A stretch of 64,000 bases of DNA, from positions 9,555,979 through 9,619,978 of the forward strand of contig CAJINV010000003.1 of NCBI GenBank assembly GCA_905178155.1, read 5' to 3'. Both the position numbers and the translations under genes were made by a program. The DNA is from Amoebophrya sp. A120. Taxonomy: Eukaryota; Protista; Dinoflagellata. Positions 58,292 to 64,000 of the stretch are shown here, in pieces; position 1 is the first letter of the stretch, and each line of letters begins with the position of its first letter. The notes beneath the pieces were generated by a model that saw only the letters and a program-made list of their open reading frames with translations, was not told the DNA's origin and did no database searches.

Positions 58292-59492
58292 TCAGCCGGC
58301 CCGGCCCGGGCAAGCTTCCGGCTTTAATTTCCTGCTGATTATGTGTTAATTCTGAAAAAGGCAAACGGTTGCCCCAATTTTTTTTGTGGCGGCAGTTGGT
58401 TGAGGAAACCCGGCAGGCCACGCCGGGGAAGCCGACGAGGGGCGGACCGGGCCAGCGCAAAGGGGGGGCCGGGGCGTTTTCGCGCGGGGCGGGCCGCGCG
58501 CCGGGGCGTTTGCCCGCGGGGATAGGGCAAAATCGCAGCGCCGGGCCCCATTGGCGCCTGGTGCAGATTGTCCCCGGGAAAAAGGAAGCGCGGCCCGTGG
58601 TTTGCCCGGGAAGCCGACCGCTCCACGACGAACCCCCAGGCCACCCCGATGCGCCCTCCCACATTCTCCGGCGGCCAAGGCAAGCTAAATGACCCGGCGT
58701 GGGCCGTCCCAAACCCAAGCGGGACGCGGCCCCATTCTCCTTCCAAAAAACGCGTCGTAGCAAAAATCTTTGGGGCAGTGTTAATTTTCCGAGCTGGGCT
58801 TGTGTTAATTTTAGTGTTAAAATATGTGTTAATATTTGTGTTAATTTTTTGTGGTAATTTCCCGGGGGCCGATTTCCCACAGGAATCGCCTTAAAATGGA
58901 ATTAACCCAAAAAATTAACCCAAAAGTTAACGCATATTTTATCGCCTTCCCGGGAAAAATCGCCCCGGTGTTTTCCCCCAAAACCGGTTCCCGGGAAAAC
59001 GGGCCAGAAACAAAGACACCCCAAAAGCACAGGAAACACCGAAGGGGCCCGCCGACACTTGCCAGCCCAAGGCCAGGCCCGCTCTGCCCGGCTTGCCCAA
59101 ATAAATGCCCAAACGGAAGCCCACAAGGAGACCACACAGCCTGCGCGTGGGCCCCCAAGCACTTCCAACCGCTGCTGGGCGCCGCTGCCACGCGGACCAA
59201 TATTGAAAACCACGAAGGCCCACAAGGCCATCGGACCGAAGGGGCGCCGCCTGGCGTACGGCGGAGGGGGGGCCACCGAGAGACCGGGCGCGCAACGCCG
59301 CCGAAGGCCGGAGGCGGCCTCCCAAACAGAAACGACGCAGCAGACGGGGGCGCGGAAAGCGGGGAACCTCGCGGCTGGGGCCGTGGCACAACGGGCCGGA
59401 AAATCCAAGGCGCGAAAGCTAGGCAGTTTGGAAATTAACAACATTTTAACAAACTTTTACCCTCCTGATTTTGCCCGGGCCGGGCCGCCTGA
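58292..59492. mobile_element. Non-autonomous TIR element with 6-bp TSD GAACGG
   Basis: 22-nt TIR TCAGSCGGCCCGGCCCGGGCAA (1 mismatch). GAACGG at 58286-58291 and 59493-59498. Confidence 0.85.
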
Positions 59493-60257
59493 GAACGGGA
59501 AAAAAGAAGGGGCCCACAAGCCGCCTGCCCCATCCAGATGCGGCATCTCCTGACCCTTTCGAGGCGCCCACCGAGACAATGCGGGGGCAGTTTCGGGCGC
59601 GGCGCGTCCATTCCGGCTACCTACGTGCGCGGACTCGCTCGGCCCCTACGGAGTCCCCTCGAAGCGAGGGGGGCGCTCGCCGAAAAAATGGGCGGGCGGC
59701 ATCCTGGCGGACAGAGGTCACTCCCGCGAACGGGCGCCGGCCTTGAGGGCCGAGCGCTGACGCAGAAAAGGAAAAGCTGCGCGTCTTCTAAGAGGCTGCG
59801 CAACAATTGGTCCCCCTTTCGACAGGTCGAAAGGGGGGGGTAGGTAGGTCGACGGCCGGCAAGCGTCGGCCGGCCCGCCAAAGTGGGGGGGGTCCGGCCC
59901 AACGCCGGCCCGTCCGTGGCACGGTGGGTCGCCCGGCACTGGTCGGAGGTCCGCCGTATTTGCTTTCGCGCAGGCACTTACCCACAGAGCCGGGCTTCAC
60001 TACTCCGGCAAAGAACAAAGCGCAGCCAACGAAAGAAGCCCCGCGCAACATGATAAATATCGCAAGGGCCTCAGCTTACGCACGGGCCCACAGCCCTACT
60101 TTTTTTGGGGGTTCCTAGAAACAAATGCAAAAGCCAGAGGCCAAAGCGAGGCCGACCGCGTGCTTGTTTTCATACATTAATAGGAAGAGAAGGACTGGGG
60201 CTGGGGCTTCGGCTTGTTGACTGGGGGCGCATTGATATCGGTGCGCCGCCTGCAGTT

Positions 60258-60275
60258 TAGCCATTTTGGCGCAAG
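60258..60275 (+). other. Dinoflagellate spliced-leader relic
   Basis: TAGCCATTTTGGCGCAAG matches 17 of the last 18 nt of DinoSL DCCGTAGCCATTTTGGCTCAAG. Confidence 0.75.
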
Positions 60276-61668
60276 GCGTAAGGTCGCGAACTGCTACCAA
60301 GCCCCGCTTTTTATCCTTGGGGGGGCTCAAGGTGGTAAGGGGTTGGCTGTAGCAAATCGCGCCCCTGTGCCTTGCGGCAAAAGGTCCCAGCAACAAACTT
60401 CGGCGGACCCATTGGCGAGGCAATAGACAAGGCTCCCTGACAGGTTTTCACTCGCGGGGATACTGCACAAACGAAAGCTTGGCTTTCAGCATTCGCGCGA
60501 ATGATGTCAAACCTGGCGCGCCACTTTTTGAGAATCAGTCGAGGAGCACGGAAGCAACGCCAAGAGCTGCACGCTGCAGCGGAGCGAGAGCTTTTGGCCC
60601 AAGGTGCTGCGCCATGACTCGCTGCGCCCGGCCCCCTTTCACCCTTCACGACACGGGGCACACCAGGCGCGAGCCCTCCCTTTCAGCCCGCCGACTTTCC
60701 GTCGGGGGAGGAGTTCTGCTGCATGGCCTGGGGCGCGATGCGAGTCTGCGCGCCATCCATGCCATGGCGGGCCATTTTATTCTGGCGAAAATGCTGCAGG
60801 TGTTTGGGCTTTGTAGTTGGCGCATTTGGGTCCGCGATTCTGATTGCAGGATCGCACCCGGCGAAGCGTAGCGGCTTGCTTTGGCTGGCAACGGCGACCA
60901 GGGGCGGGCTGCGTTCGCACAAATTCCGATGTCCAGCCTGGTCGGTGCCTACTATGGCGGCTTTCATTAGACGAATGCAGCCCGCGCCTGTTCGTGTTAG
61001 TTCCTTTCGCAGCGGGCCAATGAATAAAAGCGAAGCCGCGACGATTTTCCTCAGCAATTTATCCGCAGCGCGCCCCGCGAAATTTTTGCAAGGAATGCAA
61101 AGCGCACGCGCGTAACGTAGCTGCACCTCGGGCGGCACGTGGCTCCTAAAATTCTTTCAACTAGTGCGCGACTAAGGGGGCGCGAAATTTTTTGGAAGTA
61201 CCTACGTCGCTGGCCAAGCAGCAAGGTCCGGGAAACGCCTTCAGCGGGCGTGCGTAGCGCGCCCCACACAACCGATCTTGTAGTACCCGGGGGCGCTTGT
61301 CGAAAGGGGGGGGGGGGGGTAGGTCGCCAGCAGGCCGCTGGCCCCCCAGGCAATATAAAGAGGCTCACGGGGCCAATGAAAAAACAGAACGCCCGGGGAG
61401 TCCTAGCAACTCTCGTCTATTTTGTATGGAGGGCGCCGAGGGCATCCACGACATAGCCACCCTGCCGCGCTTATTCTACTTCCGACCTGGGCGGAGCACT
61501 AACATTCTGGCTCTGCCGAAATGATTTTTGCCCCCTGGCCCGAGGTTCGGTTGCTTGGTATAGAAGTTGAAGTGTCGCGCGGCACGCATCCTACTGAACG
61601 AGGTCCCTCTGGTGCTTCCCCGCTTGCCGCCCCGGGCGTGCCGGGCCTGGGGCCTGACTCCGCGGGGG

Positions 61669-61760
61669 TGCCGGGCGACATAGTAGCGCCGCGCCCTGTC
61701 GTGGCCTTAGTCGCCGGGGCGACATAATAGCGCTGCCGTGGTGGCCTTAGTCGCCGGGGC
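61669..61760 (+). repeat. Short ~40-nt tandem duplication
   Basis: GTGGCCTTAGTCGCCGGGGC twice and GGGCGACATA.TAGCGC twice. Confidence 0.75.
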
Positions 61761-64000
61761 CCCCGCGATTTTGTCCGCCTCGACGACCGAAGGCCCTGCC
61801 CCTGTGCCAATTAAGGCGCTGGGCCGGGAACGGGCACCACGTTCGCGGCAGTTCTGCTACGGGGGCCCGGTGTTGTGGTGCGGCGCTTCGGTTTGCGTGC
61901 GGAGACGCCCCGCGGCCAATAATAGCCGCCGCAGCCAGGGTGGGCAGCGGGGCCATTGCTGCTGTGCTTGTCTTCAAGCAAAAAAACGGCGGAGCTTTCA
62001 TGGCCGCCATGCCACCACGCCTAGCGCTATGAATACTTACACGGCGGCGCGGCGGCCGAAAAAAATCGCTGCCCAAAGCTGCCCGCCTTTTGGGTTTGTT
62101 GAGGCGAAAGGCCTGCGCCGCGTGCGGGCTACCAACCTTGCTGCTTTCAGCGGCGCCGCCATCTTTTTCTTTGCTTTTTCTGTTTAGGCGCCGCCCTCTT
62201 TGGGCTGCCCCCTGCGTTAAAAGATCCCGGCTTCGATGGTTGGCAGGCGTTGCGACGTCGAGGGCGTGCAAAAATGGCGCCAATGGCATGCGGATGCGCG
62301 GTTTATCTCGTACGGGAGCGCTCCTCAGTACGGGGGCGCTCCTTCTGCCGGCCCCCCTGCGCCGTTTCAGCAGGCGGCAAGCTATAGAATGGCGTCGGGC
62401 GTGCTTGCTTGGCGGCAAAGCCCCGGCCGCTTCATAATTGAAAGCCTCCAGCGCCGGCCAAAAAAACACGCCCGGCCGCCTGGGGGCTGCTGGCCGTTTT
62501 GCTTATATATGGGGCGGCAAAAAAGGCGCAAGGATGGAACGTCTGCTGCCTCGCTGCATCCTACCAAATAGCTATAGCCGCCGGGGCGGTGGTAGTGAGG
62601 TCGCGCCGGGTTTTCTGGCTGGGCGCGTCCGCAGCAAACGCAATTCATAGCCCGCCCCGAGTGCAAAGGCAGGGCCCTACTTTTGTCCCCATCATAGCGC
62701 GGCGCATGTCATTAATCAGCATGGCAACACACACCGCAAAAGGCGCGGCGCAAAAATGGCGCCGGGCCGCTGCTGCTTTTAGAGACGGAGCGCCTTCCTG
62801 CACGCCATGACCCCGCTAGGGGCTCCACCAGGGCCGGCCCTATGCGCCCCCGAAATCCGGCCCGTAGCATGCGCATTAGCTTCGCTTGCTGCCTGTGGCG
62901 GCTTTTGCAGTTTTTCTCTTTTATGTCAACGCCGCGCGTTTTGGCGTGCTCCCCGCAATAGAAATGGCCGCCCTTTGCGGCCGGCTTTGCGACCTCCAAA
63001 AGTGGGCAAAAACGAGGCCAATGCATACCATGGGGCTCGCGGCATGTGGATTCGTAGCATTTTCTTGGCGCACCTTTTTGGGCGCCCCAAATCGGGGGAA
63101 GCAGGTGCGCCGGGCGCCTCAGGGCGGCGCCCTTTTTGCCGGCCCCCTGCGTCGTTTTATCAATCGGCAACCGATAGAATTCGCGCGGGCTTGTTTGGTA
63201 TCAAAGCGAAAGCCCTGACCGATTGGCGGGCGGAAGCTTTTTTTTACATCCAAAAACGCTTCCGGCCGATTGCAAACTTGCTGCCGTTTTGCGCGATGGG
63301 CGGCGAAAAACCCTCCCTGGCTAGAGCCGTTCGGTGGCCTCAATGCATGCAACTCTGCCAGCCAGCCTCCGTCTGAGGGCGGCTGCTTTTCTCGATCCTT
63401 CGCGGGCCCCTTCCCGGCCCGGGATTGGGGGGTAGGGTTCACGACATTGCCGGCGCGCGGGGGGGTCTCTTGGATCTGCTCAATCCAAGCTGTGCCGCAA
63501 CGGCATGGACTTCGGGCGTGCTTTTGCGGCAGGCACCAGGCAGACCTGCAGGCCCGGCGACTACTTCCTCGCGCCGGCCTTCGTGGCAGGCCGCATGGTC
63601 TCGGGCCCGACTCGCCCCCCTACTGGCGGCCTGTTCCCCGCTGCGCCCCTCGGGGGGGGCGCCCTCCTCGTGCGTATGGAATGGCGCAACTCGTGTGGCG
63701 TGCGTGCCCTATGAGTGGGGAGCCACCTCACGGACGTACACGCCGCAGCCGATTAGACTCCGGATATTGCATTTGGTATGGTGGGAGAGGGTTTGTGCCC
63801 ACATCAGAAGCTCCCCAACCTGAAAACGAACTTCTTCCGGAGCTCTCTCTCAATTACAAGCGCAATATATAATGATAAAACTACTCAGAAATAACGCGAG
63901 GCCTATCTGTACCAGACAGAGGAAAAGAAAACCGAAGCGGCAGCAACGCGCCCCTCGTTTGCACTTCCGGAGGTGTTCGATTTGTCATGACTGCCATGGC

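Noticed and set aside
60683-61138. 151-aa minus ORF as further ARM-gene exon
   Set aside because: No clear ARM motif or supported splice junction.

Overview
Eukaryotic genomic DNA, inferred to come from a dinoflagellate-lineage (Amoebophrya/Syndiniales-like) genome. The grounds are a near-perfect dinoflagellate spliced-leader motif at 60258-60275, all recognisable genes on one (-) strand, and introns bounded by inverted repeats plus short direct repeats, several with non-GT-AG ends. Most of the window is one ~40 kb gene (about 9148-48804, minus strand, about 15 exons, roughly 4,400 aa by my hand-built model). It encodes signal peptide, cadherin-like beta-sandwich repeats, a multi-pass membrane region, C2, EF-hand-like, MORN repeats and a thrice-repeated unknown domain. 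An armadillo-repeat gene lies at about 52462-57160 (-). One intron holds a frameshifted APE-RT-Zn-finger non-LTR retrotransposon (37095-41830) embedded in an (AAAAGCT)n-type microsatellite. Introns and intergenic DNA are filled with decayed TIR elements of several families. Most short GC-rich ORFs in the track are spurious. All exon junctions were derived by eye and need RNA-seq confirmation.
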